This document shows, piece after piece, positions 1-7,239 of a stretch of DNA of 17,624 nucleotides. The notes under the pieces are model-generated. The model did no database searches. It had not been told where the DNA came from and saw only the letters and a list, made by a program, of their open reading frames with translations. Origin of the DNA: a virus (Duplodnaviria; Heunggongvirae; Uroviricota; Caudoviricetes). The position numbers were made by a program, and so were the translations under genes. The stretch lies in the IMG/VR virus record IMGVR_UViG_3300031566_000011, positions 1-17,624 of that record. One strand, given 5' to 3'. The number at the start of each line of letters is the position of its first letter. Position 1 is the stretch's first letter.

Positions 1-544
1 CACTGCAATCAAAACGACCACCAACTTTTTGAGGACAACCTTTTAAACTTGTTAGCTGGTTATTGCTGCAAGAAAACCAATCACCAACTTTTTGCGGACA
101 ACCTTTTAAACTTGTTAGCTGGTTATTGCTGCAATAAAAATCACCACCAACTTTTTGCGGACAACCTTTTAAACTTGTTAGCTGGTTATTGCTGCAATAA
201 AAACCACCACCAAATTTTTGCGGACAACCTTTTAAACTTGTTAGCTGGTTATTGCTGCAATAAAAACCACCACCAAATTTTTGCGGACAACCTTTTAAAC
301 TTGTTAGCTGGTTATTATCACAATCAAAATCACCACCAACTTTTTGCGGACAACCTTCTAAACTTGTTAATTGGTTATTGCTGCAAGAAAACCAACCACC
401 AACTTTTTGCGGACAACCTTCTAAACTTATTAGCTGGTTATTGCTGCAATCAATATCTCCTTTATAGTTTTTCCCTTCAATATCCTCGTTTCCTTTAATA
501 ACCGTCCACCAATACCCAAATGATCCTTTTTTATATTTATTCAT
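1..544 (-). CDS. Leucine-rich repeat protein, paralog 1 (3' end runs off the window; absent from the ORF track)
   Basis: ATG at 544 reads MNKYKKGSFGYWWTVIKGNEDIEGKNYKGDIDCSNNQL..., has 7 repeats of NNQLTSL(E/K)GCPQKVGG and stays open to base 1. It ends in RFDCS, the same junction that precedes the C-terminal domain in paralog 2. Purine-rich RBS upstream. Confidence 0.9.
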   Translation of the reverse strand, partial: MNKYKKGSFGYWWTVIKGNEDIEGKNYKGDIDCSNNQLISLEGCPQKVGGWFSCSNNQLTSLEGCPQKVGGDFDCDNNQLTSLKGCPQKFGGGFYCSNNQLTSLKGCPQKFGGGFYCSNNQLTSLKGCPQKVGGDFYCSNNQLTSLKGCPQKVGDWFSCSNNQLTSLKGCPQKVGGRFDCS

Positions 545-573
545 TATTACCCCCTTCCCTTTTTTTTATATTT

Positions 574-1716
574 TTATTTCTTAAAAAACTCTTTAAATTT
601 ATTACTTCCATACTGGTTTTGTGTTAAATCAATAATTTCTTTTATTGAATACTTTCGTTTTTCCACATTATTTGTTTTTATAAAATCTCTACATCCAAAC
701 CCACAAGCCCCAGTTATTGTTCTATACATTTTTATCATTTCTTCAAAAGATATGATTGTATCAATATTCATGTCTTTATATTCAGTTGTATCACTATTTG
801 ATATTTTATATATCCAGTCCTCTTTTGCTTCTTTTAATGTTTTTCCGTGAGAATATATACCATCTTTTTTTATGCAAACACCATCTTCAAAATAATATAT
901 ATCTATATTTTTTTGTTTTCTTTGTTTTAAGACATTCTTCTTAACTCCGTCAAAAAAACTCCACACTTCATCTTTATACAAATAAATATCACCAAATAAG
1001 CTATCTGTAAACTTAAAATCGTCTGGGATAATTGTTATAGAATTATCACTGCAATCAAAACGACCACCAACTTTTTGCGGACAACCTTTTAAACTTGTTA
1101 GCTGGTTATTGCTGCAAGAAAACCAACCACCAACTTTTTGCGGACAACCTTTTAAACTTGTTAATTGGTTATTATCACAATCAAAACTACCACCAACTTT
1201 TTGCGGACAACCTTTTAAACTTGTTAGCTGGTTATTGCTGCAAGAAAACCAACCACCAACTTCTTGAGGACAACCTTCTAAACTTGTTAATTGGTTATTA
1301 TCGCAATAAAAACTACCACCAACTTTTTGCGGACAACCTTCTAAACTTGTTAGCTGGTTATTGATGCACCAAAACCAACCATCAACTTTTTGCGGACAAC
1401 CTTCTAAACTTATTAGCTGGTTATTGCTACAATAAAAATCACCACCAACTTCTTGAGGACAACCTTCTAAACTTATTAGCTGGTTATTTCTGCAATAAAA
1501 ACAACCACCAACTTTTTGCGGACAACCTTTTAAACTTGTTAGCTGGTTATTGCTGCAAGAAAACCACCCCCCAACTTGTTGCGGACAACCTTCTAAACTT
1601 GTTAGCTGGTTATTGTTGCAATCAATATCTCCTTTATAGTTTTTCCCTTCAATATCCTCGTTTCCTTTAATAATCGTCCACCAATACCCAAATGATCCTT
1701 TTTTATATTTATTCAT
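574..1716 (-). CDS. Leucine-rich repeat protein, paralog 2 (9 x 21-aa LRR plus C-terminal domain with HGKT...YRTITGAC...QYG)
   Basis: 380-aa ORF; repeat xFxCxNNQLTSLxGCPQxVGG fits the LxxLxLxxNxL LRR pattern. Non-repetitive C-terminal region of about 150 aa. Confidence 0.9.
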   Translation of the reverse strand: MNKYKKGSFGYWWTIIKGNEDIEGKNYKGDIDCNNNQLTSLEGCPQQVGGWFSCSNNQLTSLKGCPQKVGGCFYCRNNQLISLEGCPQEVGGDFYCSNNQLISLEGCPQKVDGWFWCINNQLTSLEGCPQKVGGSFYCDNNQLTSLEGCPQEVGGWFSCSNNQLTSLKGCPQKVGGSFDCDNNQLTSLKGCPQKVGGWFSCSNNQLTSLKGCPQKVGGRFDCSDNSITIIPDDFKFTDSLFGDIYLYKDEVWSFFDGVKKNVLKQRKQKNIDIYYFEDGVCIKKDGIYSHGKTLKEAKEDWIYKISNSDTTEYKDMNIDTIISFEEMIKMYRTITGACGFGCRDFIKTNNVEKRKYSIKEIIDLTQNQYGSNKFKEFFKK

Positions 1717-1745
1717 TATTACCCATTTCCCTTTTTTTTATATTT

Positions 1746-2508
1746 TTATTTCTTAAAAAACTCTTTAAATTTATTACTTCCATAGAAAACGACCACCAAC
1801 TTTTTGCGGACAACCTTTTAAACTTGTTAGCTGGTTATTGCTGCAATAAAAACTACCACCAACTTTTTGAGGACAACCTGCTAAACTTATTAATTGGTTA
1901 TTATCGCAAGAAAACCAACCACCAACTTTTTGCGGACAACCTTCTAAACTTGTTAATTGGTTATTATCGCATTCAAAACGACCACCAACTTTTTGCGGAC
2001 AACCTTTTAAACTTGTTAGCTGGTTATTGTTGCAAGAAAAACGACCACCAACTTTTTGAGGACAACCTTTTAAACTTGTTAGCTGGTTATTGCTGCAAGA
2101 AAAACTACCACCAACTTTTTGCGGACAACCTTTTAAACTTGTTAATTGGTTATTATCGCACCAAAACCAACCACCAACTTGTTGAGGACAACCTTCTAAA
2201 CTTGTTAATTGGTTATTATCGCATTCAAAACGACCACCAACTTCTTGAGGACAACCTTCTAAACTTATTAGCTGGTTATTGCTACAATAAAAACCACCAC
2301 CAACTTTTTGCGGACAACCTTCTAAACTTGTTAGCTGGTTATTGATGCACCAAAACCAACCACCAACTTCTTGCGGACAACCTTTTAAACTTGTTAGCTG
2401 GTTATTATCGCAATTAATATCTCCTTTATAGTTTTTCCCTTCAATATCCTCGTTTCCTTTAATAATCGTCCACCAATACCCAAATGATCCTTTTTTATAT
2501 TTATTCAT
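1746..2508 (-). pseudogene. LRR paralog 3, C-terminal domain deleted and frameshifted (ORF 1774-2508, 10 repeats)
   Basis: Same N-terminus as paralogs 1 and 2. Bases 1746-1784 equal 574-612 (last codons and stop of paralog 2) but are joined directly to a repeat; about 440 bp are missing and the frame ends at FLWK*. It may still be expressed as a truncated protein. Confidence 0.8.
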
Positions 2509-2628
2509 TATTAACCCCTTCCCTTTTTTTTTAATTCATTAAATATATTATTACATATTTTGTTTAAAAATGCAATCTTTTTTTTATTTTTTTAGAACTA
2601 TTTTATGTTTTAGTGAAATTTGCATCTT

Positions 2629-2938
2629 CTAATTCAATTTAACATCTAATTCTTCTTGTGTTATTTTTATTCTTTTCCATCCCTTTTTTATTGATTTATT
2701 CAAAAAATCTCTTATAGTATATTCACTGATTTTTGATTTTGCATTGTTTCTAATTTTATTTGCTTTTTTAAAATATTGTTTCTTTAATTCTTTATTTAAT
2801 TTATATAATTAAATATAAAATTTCCTTTTTAATCCAGAATATTAAATCTCTAAATAAATTTTATAATCTCATCATTTTTACAGAAAATAAAAATAATAAA
2901 ATCAATAGTAAAATATAAATCATTTCTTGCTTTTCCAT
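2629..2938 (-). pseudogene. Small hydrophobic ORF (2861-2938, MEKQEMIYILLLILLFLFSVKMMRL) possibly continuing as a disrupted gene to 2629
   Basis: Good RBS (AAAAGGGG) before the ATG at 2938. After the TAA the frame continues 19 codons, and a start-less 58-codon basic frame ends at 2629. Confidence 0.3.
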
Positions 2939-2957
2939 TTCTTATCCCCTTTTTTTT

Positions 2958-3134
2958 TTAATTTGTTATAGCCCTCTTTAAAAATATTAAAGCCATGTTT
3001 CTTTTACTATCAAGACTATGTTTTTTATATTTTTTGTTCAAAAATGATATGCAATTTATTAAATCAATTTTAAGTCTTTTGTCATTACTAAATTTTTCTT
3101 TAAGAAAATTAAATATTTCTGATTGATTTTCCAT
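2958..3134 (-). CDS. Hypothetical protein, 58 aa (MENQSEIFNFLKEKFSND...)
   Basis: Manually translated ORF with strong RBS GAGGCGGTGA, co-oriented with its neighbours. Confidence 0.7.
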   Translation of the reverse strand: MENQSEIFNFLKEKFSNDKRLKIDLINCISFLNKKYKKHSLDSKRNMALIFLKRAITN

Positions 3135-3163
3135 TTTTACTCACCGCCTCTTTGTAGTATTGA

Positions 3164-3526
3164 TTAAATTTCTAATGATAAATCATTTATAGCTAAATTC
3201 CGTAATGTTTCCTCGTATCCAAGCCATGCTAAATTATTTGTATTTAATTCAAAAGGTATTTCTCCGCATTCCTGTCTTATATTCTCCACTATCTCCAAAA
3301 TCTCTTCTGAAAATTTATTAAAAAATTCATGAGTATCTTTAGAATAAATAAGTCCGTGAACACCGCCAGAAATACAACCATGCTTTAATGTTTGATTAAT
3401 AAAATCAAAAATATCATCAGCATTATCTACTTGATTTGGTAAATTATCAAGAATATAATATTCCAAGCTCCCAGAAAGATAATTCTTTTTTAATTCCTCT
3501 AGTTTTTTTAATGTAATTTTTTTCAT
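3164..3526 (-). CDS. Conserved-looking phage hypothetical protein, 120 aa
   Basis: ORF with RBS AGGGG. Motifs HGCISG..GLIY.KDT.EFF and NLAWLGYEE resemble a recurrent phage early protein family (from memory, unverified). Confidence 0.8.
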   Translation of the reverse strand: MKKITLKKLEELKKNYLSGSLEYYILDNLPNQVDNADDIFDFINQTLKHGCISGGVHGLIYSKDTHEFFNKFSEEILEIVENIRQECGEIPFELNTNNLAWLGYEETLRNLAINDLSLEI

Positions 3527-3607
3527 TTTTCTATTCCCCTTTTTTTTTTATTTGCACTTCTTGAATTTAAATTTTCCATTTTCCTTGCCCCTTTTTTAAC
3601 TAATCTT

Positions 3608-3640
3608 AAATATATTATAGCAAATTTTGCAAAAAAGTCT
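3608..3640 (-). promoter_or_regulatory. Leftward extended -10 promoter
   Basis: Minus strand TGCTATAAT (3614-3622) upstream of the leftward gene block; weak -35 (TAGACT). Confidence 0.55.
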
Positions 3641-3686
3641 ACTAAATAATCAAATAAATGAATAAATATTTAAAATAATAAAATAA

Positions 3687-3715
3687 TTGCTTGAATATTC
3701 TAGCCAATATATACT
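3687..3715 (+). promoter_or_regulatory. Sigma70-type promoter
   Basis: TTGCTT-17 nt-TATACT. Confidence 0.4.
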
Positions 3716-3773
3716 ACTATTTATACAAGGCACGAGAATATAATATTAAGCGTTATTTGTTATTTGTATACTA

Positions 3774-4002
3774 TGTGTCAATAATCATAAAATAATGGCT
3801 AATTTGTTGGTTTTTGTGTGTGTTTTGCGGTGCATTATCCTATTTGTAATAGTAAAATTGTGATATGAATTATAAGTATAATTATGCAAGCAAATATTTC
3901 ATTGTTTGTCAAGATAAATAAAGTATCAAAAAAAATGAATATTTTATTGACAAATACATTATTTTTTTGTAAAATATGTATAAGATAATCAAATAAAAAA
4001 GG
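3774..4002 (+). repeat. 229-bp direct repeat, copy 1 (promoter module)
   Basis: About 7 differences from 5548-5775 by manual alignment. Confidence 0.95.
3947..3975 (+). promoter_or_regulatory. Sigma70 promoter in repeat copy 1
   Basis: TTGACA-17 nt-TAAAAT upstream of the ATG at 4012. Confidence 0.75.
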
Positions 4003-4011
4003 CGGTAAAAA

Positions 4012-4125
4012 ATGTTAAAATTAAAAAATAATTATGTAACAATTCTAAAAGCAAGATTAAAAATGATATTTAAAAAAAGATATTGCAAACAGGATACAAA
4101 AGAAATCCGATGGGTTAAATTATAA
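4012..4125 (+). CDS. Small basic hypothetical protein, 37 aa (MLKLKNNYVTILKARLKMIFKKRYCKQDTKEIRWVKL)
   Basis: Sits right after a consensus promoter and RBS GGCGG, at the position equivalent to ORF 5787 behind repeat copy 2. Confidence 0.55.
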   Translation: MLKLKNNYVTILKARLKMIFKKRYCKQDTKEIRWVKL

Positions 4126-4517
4126 AATTAAAGATAGTTTTAAAAAAACTTGATAGATACATCAAAACATGCTTTATATTGCTTCTTTATAGTAGACAAG
4201 TAACTACATATCGATAATAGTATGATCGTATCAGTAGTGTTGATACTACTACATACGTATAGTGATAACATTACTACTATGATTGTATAATAACATAGAT
4301 ACATCGTTATACTAATGCAGAAGCATAGTAGTATAATTATATCTACAATAAAAAAAACATTTTCCGAATTTCAACATTTAATCGCTCTTTACATGATTAT
4401 ATGTAATACCACGATAATAAGATTGCAAGAATAATAATATATAGATAGTAATATGGAGATAATGGTATAATATTACTACTACCTATATAATACAAAATAT
4501 ATTTCAAAAAACTATTC

Positions 4518-4646
4518 CAGAGACCTATCTCAAGGGCAGAGACCTATCGCAAGGGCAGAGACCTATTGCAAGGGCAGAGACCTATCGCAAGGGCAGAGAC
4601 CTATTGCAAGGGCAGAGACCTATCGCAAGGGCAGAGACCTATTGCA
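4518..4646. repeat. 19-bp tandem repeat x 6.8 (CAGAGACCTAT(C/T)GCAAGGG)
   Basis: Units start at 4518, 4537, 4556, 4575, 4594, 4613, 4632. Non-coding and GC-rich relative to the flanks. Confidence 0.95.
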
Positions 4647-4660
4647 GAAAAATTTCAAGG

Positions 4661-4945
4661 TCAATTATTATAAATTTTCACTATATAAGATTTGTAGATT
4701 TCCTCATCTATGTAATCTTTTTTAAGTGGTAGACCAACAGCTAAAATAAAATTTTCTATAAAATCCTCTTCTACTTCGCTAGAAATCCCTTCATTAAGAA
4801 AATGAAAAAAAATATCATCCTCATCTTCTAATTCTGGGCAATATCTTTCAAAGTCACTTTTAGAAATTTCAATAGTTTTTCTTTTTAGCGATTTGTTTTT
4901 GTTGCCTCTAATCCAAACGAATAAATCAATTTTTACATTTTCCAT
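4661..4945 (-). CDS. Acidic hypothetical protein, 94 aa
   Basis: ORF with RBS GAGGTG; no recognised motif. Confidence 0.75.
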   Translation of the reverse strand: MENVKIDLFVWIRGNKNKSLKRKTIEISKSDFERYCPELEDEDDIFFHFLNEGISSEVEEDFIENFILAVGLPLKKDYIDEEIYKSYIVKIYNN

Positions 4946-4962
4946 TTTTACACCTCTTTTTT

Positions 4963-5361
4963 TTATTTTTTGTCGTCGTCTGTATCGTAGTCAAAGCATA
5001 GTTTGCATCGGTCGCATCGGTCGCAGTCTACGCAGTCTACGCAGCCGTCGCATCGGTCGCAGTCGTCGCATCGGTAGCAGCCGTCGCATCGGTCGCATCG
5101 GTCGCATCGGTCGCAGTCTACGCAGTCTACGCATCGGTCGCAGTCGTCGCATAGAACACAGTTTTTGCATCGGTCGCAGTTTTTGCATCGTTCGCAGTCG
5201 TTGCATCGGTCGCAGTCTATGCAGTCCCAACAGCCATGATTCGTAGCATTCATTTCTTCCCAGTTTTTGTGTTGATTAGCAAAATTTCGAGAAACCCCGT
5301 TGATTTTTTTATCGTCTCGTTTTGCAAACTCAGCATAGCACTCAAATATTTTTGTTTTCAT
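4963..5361 (-). CDS. Cysteine-rich CxxCxx repeat protein, 132 aa
   Basis: RBS GAGGTGG; more than 20 Cys at strict 3-residue spacing (CDRCDDCVDC...), encoded by a 9-bp repeat. Confidence 0.8.
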   Translation of the reverse strand: MKTKIFECYAEFAKRDDKKINGVSRNFANQHKNWEEMNATNHGCWDCIDCDRCNDCERCKNCDRCKNCVLCDDCDRCVDCVDCDRCDRCDRCDGCYRCDDCDRCDGCVDCVDCDRCDRCKLCFDYDTDDDKK

Positions 5362-5547
5362 TTTCCACCTCTTTTTTGTTATTATCTTATAAATATATTA
5401 GCAAATAATGCAGAAAATTACAAACAAAAAGTATTAAAAAAATAAATATTATATAATATATAATGATAATATATACCACATTTGTAGTAGTATTTATCAA
5501 ATGAAAGGAATGGCTGGAATTATGAGTTATTATATATTTTGATATAT

Positions 5548-5775
5548 TGTATCAATAATCATAAAATAATGGCTAATTTGTTGGTTTTTGTGTGTGTTTT
5601 GCGGTGCATTATCCTATTTGTAATAGTAAAATTGTGATATGAATTATAAGTATAATTATGTAAGCAAATATTTCATTGTTTGTCAAGATAAATAAAGTAT
5701 CAAAAAAGTGAATATTTTGTTGACAAATACATTATTTTTTTGTAAAATATGTTTAAGATAATTAAATAAAAAAGG
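5548..5775 (+). repeat. 229-bp direct repeat, copy 2 (promoter module)
   Basis: Matches 3774-4002. Confidence 0.95.
5720..5748 (+). promoter_or_regulatory. Sigma70 promoter in repeat copy 2
   Basis: TTGACA-17 nt-TAAAAT upstream of ORF 5787. Confidence 0.75.
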
Positions 5776-5786
5776 AGTGAGGAAAA

Positions 5787-6080
5787 ATGAAAATTTCAGG
5801 AATAGAATTAAAAAACAGATTTGGAATGATTTGTAACAACGAGGATCTAATAATATCTATTGAATATCCAGAGGATATTATTGATTTTGATGCAAATTGC
5901 AACATAGAATATGAAGATAGAATTAATGATTTATGGTGTGATTTGGAAATAAATAAAGAAATAAAAGTTATTTGTTTTTCTTCAAGGTTGCATTTTGGGT
6001 GTCCTATTTGTTTGATTCGTAGAGAAAATGGAAAAATAGTTTGGAAAGATGAAAAATTAATAAAAGATATGAGAAAATAA
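5787..6080 (+). CDS. Hypothetical protein, 97 aa
   Basis: ORF with RBS GGAGTGAGG. Confidence 0.8.
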   Translation: MKISGIELKNRFGMICNNEDLIISIEYPEDIIDFDANCNIEYEDRINDLWCDLEINKEIKVICFSSRLHFGCPICLIRRENGKIVWKDEKLIKDMRK

Positions 6081-6118
6081 TAAATATTATAAAATAAATA
6101 AAAAAAGAGGTAAGTAAA

Positions 6119-6418
6119 ATGAAAAAAATAGAGTCATTAAAAAATAAATTCGATTTTAATAATGTTCCAAATAAAGATATTTTGGAATTTGCAAGATTAA
6201 ATTATACTAAATTTTATTACCTAAAATTTAAGAATTTTATGGAAACTAATTTTGGAGATAAAATTGAGAAACAAAAATTCAAAGAAAGATGGAATTCCTC
6301 TAATTCTAAAATTTTGGATTTGCACAATGACTATTTTAAAATACGATGCACACTAGCAAAGCCTATGCCATATTTTGAATATTCACAAGATAGTTTTGGA
6401 AATGTGTGCGTAAAATAA
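6119..6418 (+). CDS. Hypothetical protein, 99 aa
   Basis: ORF with RBS GAGGT. Confidence 0.75.
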   Translation: MKKIESLKNKFDFNNVPNKDILEFARLNYTKFYYLKFKNFMETNFGDKIEKQKFKERWNSSNSKILDLHNDYFKIRCTLAKPMPYFEYSQDSFGNVCVK

Positions 6419-6436
6419 AAAAAGGAGTGAGGAAAA

Positions 6437-6733
6437 ATGGAAAAAATTATATGCACATTAGGAAACAACTCTAAAGTTATTGTTGAAACTTTTTTGACAG
6501 AGGAGGAATTTTGGCAAAAATTTCAAGATAATTTTGACGAGAAGTATCGATGTTTCATATGGGATAGAGTAGATATTGATTTTGAAATTCACGAAAATGA
6601 TTTTAAAAAATTGATGCCAAAAAATTGTGAACTTATTCAATATGGTCGTGGTGAATATGGTAATTATTTCATGCACAATTTATCGGTTGAAAAACAAAAA
6701 GAAATAGAAATTGAATGGCAAATTTCTGATTGA
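6437..6733 (+). CDS. Hypothetical protein, 98 aa
   Basis: ORF with RBS GGAGTGAGG, identical to that of ORF 5787. Confidence 0.8.
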   Translation: MEKIICTLGNNSKVIVETFLTEEEFWQKFQDNFDEKYRCFIWDRVDIDFEIHENDFKKLMPKNCELIQYGRGEYGNYFMHNLSVEKQKEIEIEWQISD

Positions 6734-6734
6734 G

Positions 6735-6846
6735 GCTTTTCATCTCCAAACTTCTGATTAGGGCTTTTCAGCTCCAAACTTCGGGTTGGGGCTTTTCAGC
6801 TCCAGCCTGCGGGTTGGGGCTTTTCAGCTCCAGCCTGTGGGTTGGG
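6735..6846. repeat. 28-bp tandem repeat x 4 (GCTTTTCAGCTCCA..CT.CGGGTTGGG)
   Basis: GCTTTTCA starts at 6735, 6763, 6791, 6819; contiguous units with no spacers. Confidence 0.9.
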
Positions 6847-6912
6847 GAAGCTACCACCCCCCCCCATACCCCTCTATCCAGTTCGTAGTATTACATATTA
6901 AGACACACACCC

Positions 6913-7066
6913 CTCCCAAAAAATTTATGACATTTCTTCAAGCATTTGTATTAAAAAAGTGAAACTCCCAAAAAATTTATGACATTTCTTCAAGCATTTG
7001 TATTAAAAAAGTGAAACTCCCAAAAAATTTATGATAATATTTAACGCATTTGTGCTAAAAAAGTGA
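6913..7066. repeat. 52-bp tandem repeat x 3 (two identical, third diverged)
   Basis: CTCCCAAAAAATTTATGA starts at 6913, 6965, 7017. Confidence 0.95.
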
Positions 7067-7110
7067 TATATTCTATGGTATTTCCATATATTCTGTGGTA
7101 TTTCCATATA
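7066..7110. repeat. 20-bp tandem repeat x 2.2 (ATATATTCT(A/G)TGGTATTTCC)
   Basis: Units at 7066 and 7086 differ by one base. Confidence 0.9.
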
Positions 7111-7206
7111 CTTTAAATAATATGACAATATATGGTATTAAATTGGATTATAAAAGAATTGTATTGATTTGTGGGTGTTTAAAATAATTTTTGGTAATTT
7201 GGTGTG

Positions 7207-7239
7207 GATAGTTTAAGTTAAGCCTAACTATCTTTTTTT
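7207..7239 (+). terminator. Putative intrinsic terminator
   Basis: GATAGTT/AACTATC 7-bp stem, 12-nt loop, followed by T7. Confidence 0.45.

Larger units (their letters stand above)
1..2430. repeat. 63-bp coding tandem repeat arrays (about 1-470, 1048-1640, 1785-2430)
   Basis: Minus-strand unit GGTGGTnnnTTTnnnTGCnnnAATAACCAGCTAACAAGTTTARAAGGTTGTCCGCAAAAAGTT; 26 full units counted over three genes. Confidence 0.95.

Noticed and set aside
49-2345. Plus-strand ORFs 49-498, 756-944, 1095-1364 and 1692-2345
   Set aside because: Antisense shadows of the 63-bp LRR repeats; no RBS, and the minus strand carries the coherent protein.
1-2508. Diversity-generating retroelement as the source of LRR variation
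   Set aside because: No reverse transcriptase in the window, no non-coding template repeat, and the differences are whole-codon swaps not evidently restricted to adenines.
4893-5445. Plus-strand ORFs 4893-5246, 4991-5230 and 5236-5445
   Set aside because: Open only because of the 9-bp repeat or antisense overlap with the Cys-rich gene.
6458-6676. Minus-strand 72-aa ORF
   Set aside because: Fully antisense to ORF 6437-6733, which has a strong RBS.
4518-7110. CRISPR array interpretation of the 19-, 28- and 52-bp repeats
   Set aside because: Units are contiguous with no unique spacers, and no cas genes are present.
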